A stretch of DNA of 64,000 nucleotides from Microcoleus sp. (GTDB lineage: Bacteria; Cyanobacteriota; Cyanobacteriia; Cyanobacteriales; Microcoleaceae). The notes beneath the pieces are model-generated. The model saw only the letters and a program-made list of their open reading frames with translations. It was not told the DNA's origin and did not search any database. The stretch's first letter is position 1, and each line of letters starts with the position of its first letter. Below are positions 10,293 to 20,656 of this stretch, one piece after another. The translations under genes and the position numbers were made by a program. The stretch covers positions 160,001-224,000 of the forward strand of contig JAYFMW010000007.1 in the NCBI GenBank assembly GCA_042408215.1, given 5' to 3'.

Positions 10293-12668
10293 CTATTTGT
10301 CTAACGCATCTGGAAAAGGGCGATCGAGCATAGCCTGACAGAGTAAAGATACCAAAGAGCCAGAACGATTGGCTATTTTATCAGAAAAAGGAAAATGTTT
10401 TGGTATAGGTTTCCCTATTTTCTCACGGACTCGCGCTGCTTCATAGACTAAATTTTTGTGTTCTAAATCTTTGGCGATACTTTCAACTAAACGTTTATAT
10501 TCCTTCTCATTAGTATTTTGAAAACCAGACGCTTCCTCAACTGCTTGCCAAGAACAGTTCATTGCCCGTAACAGCAAACAGCGTAGAGAAATATTCTCAG
10601 ACGTAACATTTTCTAACTCCTCTTTTAAAGAGTTAATGTAATTAGTATTATTTTCTAATTTCTTTGGCAAATTATTGTAATGCTTCTGCAATCTCTTGAT
10701 TGCTTCTTGCTCCCATTTGTAAAGACTTTCAATTTTAACTTTAGCTAAAGTTAAAACAAAATAAGTATCTAAGTATGGATGCCCATTGTCACAGCCTTTC
10801 AGCAACTTTTCTTGAGTTTCTTGACGGTTATCTTTGAGCAGGCTTACGTCAACACCACTCGCAAATTCAGCGATCCAACTAGCAGCTTGTTCCGCATCAA
10901 TAGTTTGGCAACATTCAAAGTAGTTCCTACCAATTCTCTCTAATTCTTCTGTAGTTGCTACCACTAATAAGCGATAACGAGGGCGCGTTAGCAATGTGTA
11001 CCATTGAAAACTCTCTTCTAACCGAGATGTCCCATTATTCTCAAATATCCGAAAAGCTACGCAAGCATCAAACTCGCGTCCTTTAGCTTTTTCTGCATTC
11101 AAAATTTCTATACTACTGAATTCGTATTGATTCTCATCTGGATTAGTCCACAGAACTTTCACCTGGTTTGCTGACTGCTGAAGAAAATACCTTTCACCCT
11201 GTCCCTCTCCAGATGAGTTTACTCGCGAATTTAAAAGCCCTAAAAATTTTAAAGCTAACTCCGATGAAGGGTATTCTAGTAAGCGCACTTGCTCACCTTC
11301 TTCAACAGCATATTTAGGATCGCTTGGTTCGGGAAAATGTCGGCCACCATGCCTAGCATTATTGGCAAATTCTAAAAACTGATTGGCAAACTTTAAGATA
11401 TGGCGTGAATTTCGATAATTGTACTTAAGTTCAATGGGCCGGCCTAACTGTAGTTGCCCCCAGTGAAAGTCTACGGGTTGAATTCTCTGATTTAAGTCTC
11501 CCAACAAGCAGAGAGAAGTTGAAGGTCTCTGGTTTTCCCAAGCTTCTCTTACAGCAATTAGAGCTTTTAACTGAGCTAACAAAAAATCTTGGGCTTCATC
11601 GACAATTAAAATAGTAGGCCGGTTTTGGTAAGGAGGGCGAGGCGGAGGAGATATAAGTTGAGTCGCAACATCAAAGTTACAGAGGCGATTCCCTAACCTC
11701 TCTAACCTTCTTGTCCACAATTCTGGTCTAATATTCTCAAGAATTTCAATACGTTCTCTATTTTCTTGGTAGATGGCATTTTTATCGTTGTTACCATTTT
11801 CCCGATCCAGAACAAAAGCTTGATATAGCAAAACATCTCGCGAACTAATATTTCCTAAATTGGGTGCTAAACCCTCGAATCTCACTAATTCTCGCAGAGC
11901 CGTTAATTCTTCCTCTGAAGTTGCTAGGCGAGCGCCCAATTCTGGATCTACTTCACGCACCCAATCAGGAAAGGTTCCAAGCCAAAAACCTTCGGGATTT
12001 TGCTCTTTTATCTTTTTGATCTCTGAGTAATTTTCCAAATCTTCACGCACTGCTGGAGGAACAATAAGCATTGTGTTCCACCCTCTATCGCGATGAAGTT
12101 CACAAGCTAGAAGAGCCGCACATACAGTTTTGCCTGTTCCGGGCGCACTCTGAACTAACCAATCTTTTGTAGACGGTATCCCATCCTGTCTCAACTCATC
12201 AAATGGCTGTTTTTGGTAACGGGTTGGCACCGGCGAGTAGCGATAATAGTTGGCATAAATAAATTTGTACCAAGGATCTCCTTCTTGGTTCCACTTAGGC
12301 TCTTTCAGTGGAATTTCATAAGCTGGATGATCTACTAGCGCGGTTCCTTGAGGTTTATTCAATTCTTCTATTGCCTCTATTTCCTCTATTTCCAGCGGAT
12401 CTGTGCGATTGCGACTGTCAAACACCCTATCATAAACATCTCCTCGCAAACCAGCTTTAATCACTACAATATTGCCAGAATCTCGTTCCCAGATCACACG
12501 CAGTTGACCTTGACGAGTTCGCCACAGGTTTTCATATCCCTGTAAACTTCTAACATCTTGATGGCTGCCTTGGCTCAAACCACTGATAATCTGGTAAACT
12601 ATCTTAAAATTGTCATAGGATAGTCTTTGTATCTCGCGAAAGGCTGCCCGAATAATTTTTACTGACAT
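10293..12668 (-). CDS. RelE/ParE-like N-terminal domain fused to UvrD-like superfamily 1 helicase
   Basis: N-terminal ~80 aa has VRSLQGYENLWRTRQGQLRVIW...GLRGDVY (RelE-like); SF1 motifs SAPGTGKT, IVDEAQD, GDLNQRI, YRNS, KGREFD, YTLLTRPR. Confidence 0.8.
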   Translation of the reverse strand: MSVKIIRAAFREIQRLSYDNFKIVYQIISGLSQGSHQDVRSLQGYENLWRTRQGQLRVIWERDSGNIVVIKAGLRGDVYDRVFDSRNRTDPLEIEEIEAIEELNKPQGTALVDHPAYEIPLKEPKWNQEGDPWYKFIYANYYRYSPVPTRYQKQPFDELRQDGIPSTKDWLVQSAPGTGKTVCAALLACELHRDRGWNTMLIVPPAVREDLENYSEIKKIKEQNPEGFWLGTFPDWVREVDPELGARLATSEEELTALRELVRFEGLAPNLGNISSRDVLLYQAFVLDRENGNNDKNAIYQENRERIEILENIRPELWTRRLERLGNRLCNFDVATQLISPPPRPPYQNRPTILIVDEAQDFLLAQLKALIAVREAWENQRPSTSLCLLGDLNQRIQPVDFHWGQLQLGRPIELKYNYRNSRHILKFANQFLEFANNARHGGRHFPEPSDPKYAVEEGEQVRLLEYPSSELALKFLGLLNSRVNSSGEGQGERYFLQQSANQVKVLWTNPDENQYEFSSIEILNAEKAKGREFDACVAFRIFENNGTSRLEESFQWYTLLTRPRYRLLVVATTEELERIGRNYFECCQTIDAEQAASWIAEFASGVDVSLLKDNRQETQEKLLKGCDNGHPYLDTYFVLTLAKVKIESLYKWEQEAIKRLQKHYNNLPKKLENNTNYINSLKEELENVTSENISLRCLLLRAMNCSWQAVEEASGFQNTNEKEYKRLVESIAKDLEHKNLVYEAARVREKIGKPIPKHFPFSDKIANRSGSLVSLLCQAMLDRPFPDALDK

Positions 12669-12767
12669 AGGCTACTTTCTGACCCTCGTATCCAGAATCT
12701 TGCATATCCTTATTATTTACTTATCATATAAATTTTGAGATTTATACTTTTGTAAGTAAACTTAATA

Positions 12768-12835
12768 AAACCTAGCAAACCAATTTTGAAAGCCACGACT
12801 TTGACCCGTAGAAACTCTAATCTACAATCATTGTA
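12768..12835. repeat. Direct repeat copy 2 (orphan copy of hom 5' end and leader)
   Basis: Matches 9377-9447; includes the hom GTG start and first nine codons on the minus strand. Confidence 0.92.
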
Positions 12836-12878
12836 TGCTAATCAAGCAATTTGTCATTTAACTAAACTCAATATACAG

Positions 12879-12908
12879 ATCCCCGACTTCTTAAAGAAGT
12901 CGGGGATC
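12879..12908. repeat. Palindrome ATCCCCGACTTCTTnnAGAAGTCGGGGAT; copies also near 39299-39326 and 43245-43271
   Basis: Near-perfect inverted repeat found three times between genes. Confidence 0.8.
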
Positions 12909-12925
12909 TAACTTGGTATGACAAT

Positions 12926-13618
12926 TCAAACTTCTGTATCGATATCTACCCCCATTTCTCGGAGTCGCTGGGCTAATCTTTCGACTTGCTGTTCTAGCTG
13001 CTGTCGCTGTGCTTGTTCTTCTCGAATTAAATCTTCTACTAGCGGCCCAGAGAGCACTTCATTCACCGATAAAATAAATTCAGCGAACTGTACAGACTGA
13101 ACCTGCTGTCCCGGCAAAAATTCCTGGTGAGAATAACTGCCTTCATTGTCGGGACGGCTACACACTCGTATTTTGAGTAGATTGGGGTCTACAATCCAAT
13201 ATTCAGGGATATCAATCAAGTCATATTCTGCCCGTTTGCGAATGTAGTCGTCCCGCCAATTTTGACTGGTAACTTCTATCACTAACAGCGGTTTTTCTTC
13301 AAAGTCCAGGACTGCGGAACCAGATTGCGCGCAGACTTGTTCCCAAAGACTCTGAGTGCAAATCACCACATCAGGAACACGGGAAGAGTTTTCCTCGGTT
13401 CGGACTGCGGTAGTAACAACTGCAACTAGCGGTAGGTTGTGTGCTGCAAAGAAGCGCCGGAACTGGTAAACCAAAAATTCAATTATTTTGATATGTATGG
13501 CTGTGGGTGTTGGCATTTCGATGATATGTCCCCGATATAATTCATAACAAACACCTGATTCTCCCTGATAGTTCAGATACTCTTCAAAGGTCAGTTTTTG
13601 GGTAGAAATTAGGGTCAT
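12926..13618 (-). CDS. Uma2 (DUF820) family putative endonuclease
   Basis: LTFEEYL, YEL..G.IIEMP, SRVPDV, LVIEVTS, DY..KRAEY..IPEYWIVDP. Confidence 0.92.
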   Translation of the reverse strand: MTLISTQKLTFEEYLNYQGESGVCYELYRGHIIEMPTPTAIHIKIIEFLVYQFRRFFAAHNLPLVAVVTTAVRTEENSSRVPDVVICTQSLWEQVCAQSGSAVLDFEEKPLLVIEVTSQNWRDDYIRKRAEYDLIDIPEYWIVDPNLLKIRVCSRPDNEGSYSHQEFLPGQQVQSVQFAEFILSVNEVLSGPLVEDLIREEQAQRQQLEQQVERLAQRLREMGVDIDTEV

Positions 13619-13830
13619 GTAAATTATCTCCCTTTTTCGGTGAGCTTGCTTTATATTTTACACTTTATTTCTTAGTCCCTCTCGGCTGGGACGAAAGTTT
13701 GTATAGTAGCGGTTTCAACCGCCGAATGAGCCAAGGGGGTAATGAACCAAAATTTAGTCTTACACCTCTTTAAAACAATTATAGGGCGAGCCATGCCCAC
13801 CCTACAACTCAGATTAAATCACCCTACACA

Positions 13831-15063
<1,233 letters not shown>

Positions 15064-15409
15064 TTATCAAGATAGAGAATGTGACCGTAGACTCAATTTA
15101 CTTTTTTCTTAAGGTCATCTGGACTAATTGGTCGCGTTAGTCTTTCACCCTCGCCTAGGGGCGGGCGTGTTAAGTTTTGGTCGATCGCGTCTCCAATTCC
15201 CAATTAGCCGAACACAACGCGAACCTCGCCCGGCTGCGTTCAGGTGTTGACCTATAGCTATTGTTGTCTGCGTACTGCGACTATTTTACCCGATCGAGGG
15301 TGCAGCCCCGATAAGTCGTTTTGATTGGCGGCCGGTGATGGAGTAAGGCATCGGGCCAAAAAGATCTCCTATTGACGTTGAGCTTGTAGTGGGCGATCGC
15401 ATTCTGGTA

Positions 15410-15725
15410 AGATTAACCACTAAAGTTGGTCTTATAAAACTTTATTAAGTTTATAAGCATTAGTTAGCACTGGTAGTATCCTGTAATTAAGAGGCCAAAT
15501 GAAACTACCTGACTACTGGTTTGTTAATTAATGCCGATGTCAATGGGTCTTACAAGATCATGAGAAAAGCAATCCCAAATGCCTTGTGCGATGGGATAGG
15601 GAGCTGCGTAGTTCAGCCCAGGCGGGTCAATCCGCTCGAAGTAAAAAAGAAAGGGGAGGGACTTCAAGCCTCCCATGTCATGCAATAGATGACTATACTT
15701 TTACAAGCTATTAATTACTTGCCTT
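15410..15725 (+). mobile_element. Internally deleted IS607-like element (tnpA start joined to tnpB 3' end); ends approximate
   Basis: ATG at 15499 reads MKLPDY (resembles IS607 TnpA start MKLSDY); another frame reads TGLLINADVNGSYKIMRKAIPNA...VVQPRRV (TnpB C-terminus) ending at TAG 15688. Confidence 0.7.
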
Positions 15726-15898
15726 GAAGATTGCTTGGGTCTTTCAGAGCAGGCAGTCAACGGACTGCTGTATGCTGGTTTTGCTAGATCCGATCGGGTA
15801 GCAAAGCCACATCAAGCCCGCTGGTAGCTACCTGTGGGCTGAAATTTTGTGGAATCTACACTTGAGTTAGTAAACAGTGATTTTTTTAGAGGGAAACT

Positions 15899-16903
15899 AT
15901 GACCAGTAAGCCGGATCGCGTGGTTTTAATTGGCGTTGCTGGAGACTCCGGGTGCGGAAAATCTACCTTTTTGCGCCGATTGACAGATTTGTTCGGGGAA
16001 GATTTCGTTACCGTCATCTGCCTTGACGACTATCATTGTCTCGATCGCAAACAGCGCAAAGAAACAGGAATTACCGCCCTTGACCCCAGAGCGAACAATT
16101 TCGACCTGATGTACGAGCAGATGAAAGCCCTCAAAGAAGGTCGGGGAATAGACAAGCCGATTTACAACCACGAAACCGGTCTGCTCGATCCTCCTGAGCG
16201 GGTAGAGCCGAATCATGTGATTGTGATTGAGGGATTGCACCCCCTTTACGACGAGCGAGTGCGATCGCTCCTCGACTTCAGCGTCTACCTAGACATCAGC
16301 GACGAAGTAAAAATTGCTTGGAAAATCCAGCGCGACATGGCGGAACGGGGCCACCGTTACGAAGACGTGCTGTTTGCGATCAACGCTCGCAAACCAGACT
16401 TTACGGCTTACATCGACCCGCAAAAGCAATATGCTGATGTGGTAATTCAAGTATTGCCGACCAATTTAATTAAGGATGACAAAGAGCGGAAGGTTCTGCG
16501 CGTGCAGATGATCCAGCGCGAAGGCATCGCCAACTTTGAGCCCGCATATTTGTTTGACGAAGGTTCAACAATCAACTGGGTGCCTTGCGGCCGCAAACTG
16601 ACTTGTTCCTATCCAGGAATTAAGATGTATTACGGGCCTGACGCTTTCTACGGCCACGAAGTCTCGATTTTGGAAGTAGACGGCCAGTTTGAAAATCTCG
16701 AAGAAGTTATTTACATTGAAAACCATTTGAGCAAGACTTCTGCGAAGTATCAAGGCGAGTTGACTCACCTATTGCTTCAGCACCGTGAATATCCTGGTTC
16801 TAATAATGGAACTGGTTTGTTCCAAGTGTTAGTCGGATTGAAGATGCGGGCGACTTACGAGAAGTTGACTGCAAAAGAAGCGAAAGTGGCTGTTAGTGTT
16901 TAG
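15899..16903 (-). CDS. prk: Phosphoribulokinase
   Basis: GVAGDSGCGKSTF, ICLDDYH, RDMAERGH, GSNNGTG. Confidence 0.97.
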
Positions 16904-16924
16904 AACGCAGACATGAAAGATTTG

Positions 16925-16952
16925 GGAGGCGCAATTGCGCCTCTTTTTTTTT
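16925..16952 (+). terminator. Hairpin plus T-tract of intrinsic-terminator form on the plus strand
   Basis: GAGGCGCAATTGCGCCTC followed by a T run. Confidence 0.6.
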
Positions 16953-16995
16953 GGAGAAATGAACCGCTCCAGCGCCAGAGGGCGCAGAGAAGAGT

Positions 16996-17184
16996 TATAC
17001 CAATTTAATGGGTCGTTGCATATATCTCGATCCCCCTCGCATCCCCCTTAATAAGGGAGTAGGGTGTGAGTAGGGGGTGACGAAAGAGCAGAATCTTGTT
17101 CCACACCCCCTACTCCCCTACTCCCCTTATTAAGGGGGGTTAGGGGGGATCAGATTCTATGCAGCCTCATAAAAAACTGGTATT
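16996..17184. mobile_element. MITE-like element containing the CCCCTTAATAAGGGG palindromic repeat
   Basis: Ends TATACCAATTT ... AAACTGGTA; the right part matches modules in the 30.8-32.0 kb array. Confidence 0.6.
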
Positions 17185-18379
17185 AGGAGAGGATGTTTGA
17201 AGGTAGAGAGGTTAAGAAGGTTTTTCCGGCTTGATTTAGGTCGCTATTTAGGGAAAAGGTTAGACTGCGAACTTGGATATCGTCATTTTTTATGTTGAGT
17301 GGCTGTTGGAGGTTTTGCGGGTAGATGAGAATTGCATTTTGGCAGTTTAACGCATTGGCGTAGGCGACTATTTGATGAATGTCATTATTGGCTACTTTAT
17401 CGGGAGCTTTGTATTTTGTATCGAGGACATAGTGGACTTTTTTTGTTGCAATATCGCAGAGGAGTAAGTCAATCCGATCGGAATAATTTTGGTCATGTCT
17501 GACTCGGTGTTGTTGTTTGACAAAAAAGCCTTTTGGTGTATTTGCGTTGAGCCATTCAGCGACAAATTGTTCATATAAATTGGCCATGTTTATCAGAAAA
17601 GGGAGCATTTCGCGATCGCCTGTTTCGTGACTTGGCCCTGTATTCTCCAGAAAGAAGCGACATAAGGCGTGTAAAAGTTGATAATCTTGATTTAAACGGT
17701 GATAATTTCTATCAATACAAGCTTGTGCTGTAAAAGATTTTATGGTAACAACTCCTTGGAGTGTGTGAAAGGCTTTTCGCACCGTCGATGAGACTGATTC
17801 GCCACACAAACCGCTACGGCCAATTATGAATAGTGTCCAAGCCAGAATTTGATTATCTTCGATATCGCCTGTTTGTTCGTTGTAGTGACATTTTAGTTTA
17901 ACATCCCAAGGTTTTTGAAGAGCCGACCGCAAATCGACGCGGCCGCGAATGTAGGCGAGTCTTTCTGTTTTGGATAAGTAATCGCGATATAATCCTTTGC
18001 GACAGCGTTCGAGAATTTTTTGGGCAAGAATGTTAGCTAATCTTTCATAGGCTTGTTCTAAAAATTGGCACTGAATCTGTCCTTGGGGAAATTTTATCTT
18101 AAGTTTGTAGGCATATTCAAGCATTCCGAAGAAGTTGTTTATGGGAACCTTTGGGCGGATGAAAATGTGAAATTCTGGAGTAATTGGAATCTTGCCAACT
18201 ATGCCTTTAGATGTTAATTTCCATTTATTGTTTGTGGTAAAATCGGGACGTTTTATCTCTATTTCTTTGGCATAATTTTGGTGTATTTTCTGTCCTACTG
18301 ATTCGGGAATAAAATCTCGATCAAAGGTTGCTGATTGATATTCGATGAGTTTGATAATTCGGGGTGATTCTGGTTTCAT
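17183..18379 (-). CDS. mcrC: McrC family restriction subunit
   Basis: IRPKVPINN.FGML.YAY, NMANLYEQFV, PD-(D/E)xK-like RIDLLL..VLDTKYK, DIHQIVAYA; directly downstream of mcrB. Confidence 0.9.
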   Translation of the reverse strand: MKPESPRIIKLIEYQSATFDRDFIPESVGQKIHQNYAKEIEIKRPDFTTNNKWKLTSKGIVGKIPITPEFHIFIRPKVPINNFFGMLEYAYKLKIKFPQGQIQCQFLEQAYERLANILAQKILERCRKGLYRDYLSKTERLAYIRGRVDLRSALQKPWDVKLKCHYNEQTGDIEDNQILAWTLFIIGRSGLCGESVSSTVRKAFHTLQGVVTIKSFTAQACIDRNYHRLNQDYQLLHALCRFFLENTGPSHETGDREMLPFLINMANLYEQFVAEWLNANTPKGFFVKQQHRVRHDQNYSDRIDLLLCDIATKKVHYVLDTKYKAPDKVANNDIHQIVAYANALNCQNAILIYPQNLQQPLNIKNDDIQVRSLTFSLNSDLNQAGKTFLTSLPSNILS

Positions 18380-18386
18380 AAGATGA

Positions 18387-20033
18387 TCACTTGCTCAATT
18401 CGTCTTTGATTTTATCCCAGAGAAAATCATCCATTTTTTCCTGATTATCAAAGAAGTATTCTTCGAGGTATGGCTCAATTTCCATTTGCCAAATATCTTG
18501 GATATCTTCAACTAAGGTTTTTGTCAAAAAGAAGGAGATGCCTAGTTCATAGTGTTTGTTGTTAATTGCCCGATTGACATCTTCTAGAATACCAATTAAT
18601 TTATCAACTAGAAAACCTGTTTCCTCTCTCTGGTGATACTGTCGCAGGACTTCATAGTTGGGATAGATGGGGATGAATGCGAAGCGGCGACGGAGTGCGT
18701 TATCGACTAAGGCAATAGAGCGGTCTGCGGTGTTCATTGTGCCGATGATGCGGACATTTGTAGGGATTCTGAATCGTTTGCCGCTGGCTAGTGTAATAAA
18801 GCGTTCAGTGTCTTGTCGGTCATCTAGGAGATACATTAACTCGCCAAAGACTTGAGAGAGATTGGCGCGATTAATTTCATCAATAATGAGAACGCAAGTA
18901 TCTTGACAAGACTCAGCTTTTGTGCAAAAATCGAGGAATCTACCGGGAACTATGGGATAGGTCAATTGGTCATTTTGACTCTGCGGCCGGATGCCTTGAA
19001 TAAAGTCTTCATAAGTATAAGCTGGGTGAAATTGGATTATGTCTGAGAAACCGTCACCGCCACCGATTAAGTGTTTGGCTAGTTTTTGAGCAAGGAAGGT
19101 TTTTCCGGTTCCGGGTGGGCCTTGGATGATGGTTTGGCCTTTGCGGTTAATGGTGCGTATCCAGCCGTTAATTTCAGATGTTTGAAAACCTGTTATTTCA
19201 GAAATTTCTTTGATATCATACTCTCGATTAAATTCTTTCTCATAGATTGAAAAGTATTGCGCGATCAGAGGTGAATCCTTATCCTCCAGATAGGAACACA
19301 AAAAAAATAATGGAAATACTTTTTTAAATGTTTGTGTTATCATGTGAATTAACTGTTGAGCAGAATATCCTAATACTTTTTCTGCTTCAAGCGATCTAGC
19401 AACCTGAATATTAGTAATTTTATATTTTTCAAGTTCTGGTGTTTGTTCGCCAACCAAAGAGATAATACTTTCTAATAATTCATAAATACATTTTTGAGAT
19501 TTCATTATTATCATACGATATTCATGCACAGGGGAAGTAGAACGAATTATTTGCTGAGTTAAATAGCAATGATATTGATTGGGAAGGTTATAACGTTTAA
19601 GGCTATCGATTGCCAATGGGTTATTTATATAATTGCTTTCATAATTATCTATAATACAATCAATATCGTTAAATTCTGCACAGAAACCAAAAGTTAAGTC
19701 TTGGTTGTCAAATCTTAGCATTAAGTAAGCATTCTCTCTATAATTGATATCTTCACAACCAAAAGATATACTGTAAGCTATTGATTGTAAACCTTTTGTT
19801 TCAACGATCGAGCCAAGTTGCTCCCACTTGATATTTATATATTTTTTGATAAAATCAGGTAACAGATATTCCACCTGGATTAAAATATCCTTTAATGGAT
19901 TTTCAACATATTTTAAGAAATCTTTTTTGTGTGCCATGTAAAAATCTGAGCTTGGGTTTTCATAAAATTGTGCCAATAACCTAAATGTGTCTGCTGAAAA
20001 AGGACAGTCAGGATGTACAAAAACTTTTTCCAT
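18387..20033 (-). CDS. mcrB: McrB family AAA+ GTPase with divergent N-terminal recognition region
   Basis: GPPGTGKT, IQFHPAYTYEDFIQG, IIDEINRAN, McrB signature MNTADRS, ALRRRF. Confidence 0.92.
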   Translation of the reverse strand: MEKVFVHPDCPFSADTFRLLAQFYENPSSDFYMAHKKDFLKYVENPLKDILIQVEYLLPDFIKKYINIKWEQLGSIVETKGLQSIAYSISFGCEDINYRENAYLMLRFDNQDLTFGFCAEFNDIDCIIDNYESNYINNPLAIDSLKRYNLPNQYHCYLTQQIIRSTSPVHEYRMIIMKSQKCIYELLESIISLVGEQTPELEKYKITNIQVARSLEAEKVLGYSAQQLIHMITQTFKKVFPLFFLCSYLEDKDSPLIAQYFSIYEKEFNREYDIKEISEITGFQTSEINGWIRTINRKGQTIIQGPPGTGKTFLAQKLAKHLIGGGDGFSDIIQFHPAYTYEDFIQGIRPQSQNDQLTYPIVPGRFLDFCTKAESCQDTCVLIIDEINRANLSQVFGELMYLLDDRQDTERFITLASGKRFRIPTNVRIIGTMNTADRSIALVDNALRRRFAFIPIYPNYEVLRQYHQREETGFLVDKLIGILEDVNRAINNKHYELGISFFLTKTLVEDIQDIWQMEIEPYLEEYFFDNQEKMDDFLWDKIKDELSK

Positions 20034-20276
20034 TTTTTCTGTATCTTTAAGATGACTTAATTGATGTTCTTAACTTATTGTAGCCGATCGCCCTTACTGC
20101 ACAGACATCAAAAATGTGTAGATATAGCAAGCCTTAGACATCTCACCCATCAGATAGCACACTAACAGCAAAAAAGCAAGTACCACCCCGAAAGTCGAAA
20201 CTATCCGAAGCGCAGCACAATTCACAAATCCCCGAAAACATCCTTAAATCAACTTCGATCGCCGAGTGACTAAGAT

Positions 20277-20425
20277 TTACCAAATTGTGTCTATACTCGA
20301 TAATTGAATCCGGCGATCGCGACTAATAACAGGTACATTAAGATACAAACCAGTAGCAGCAATAATGCGATCGGGCAAATCGGGAATTTGCGATCGGTCA
20401 ACTTGCCTTAAACATTGTAGCATTA
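20277..20425 (-). pseudogene. C-terminal fragment of a PIN-domain (VapC-like) toxin
   Basis: IPDLPDRIIAATGLYLNVPVISRDRRIQ...TIW is a PIN C-terminus; the N-terminal half is absent and replaced by repeat-rich DNA. Confidence 0.7.
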
Positions 20426-20656
20426 AACTGCTTGGAGGTTCCAGTAATTTACTTCTTCCCAGTAGAGATGATCTACTTCTTCCCACTTCTTCCTACTTCT
20501 TCCTTCGTGTCCTTCGCGTCTTCGCGGTTCAATAATACTAATCCCAACCGTGCCCGGAAAAATCAAACTTGTGTCAAAAGCACCTAAACGTGCTATATTC
20601 CCGTAAACCCTGAACAGCACTTTCAGGTATTGCAAATTTATCAACGAGTCAACTAA

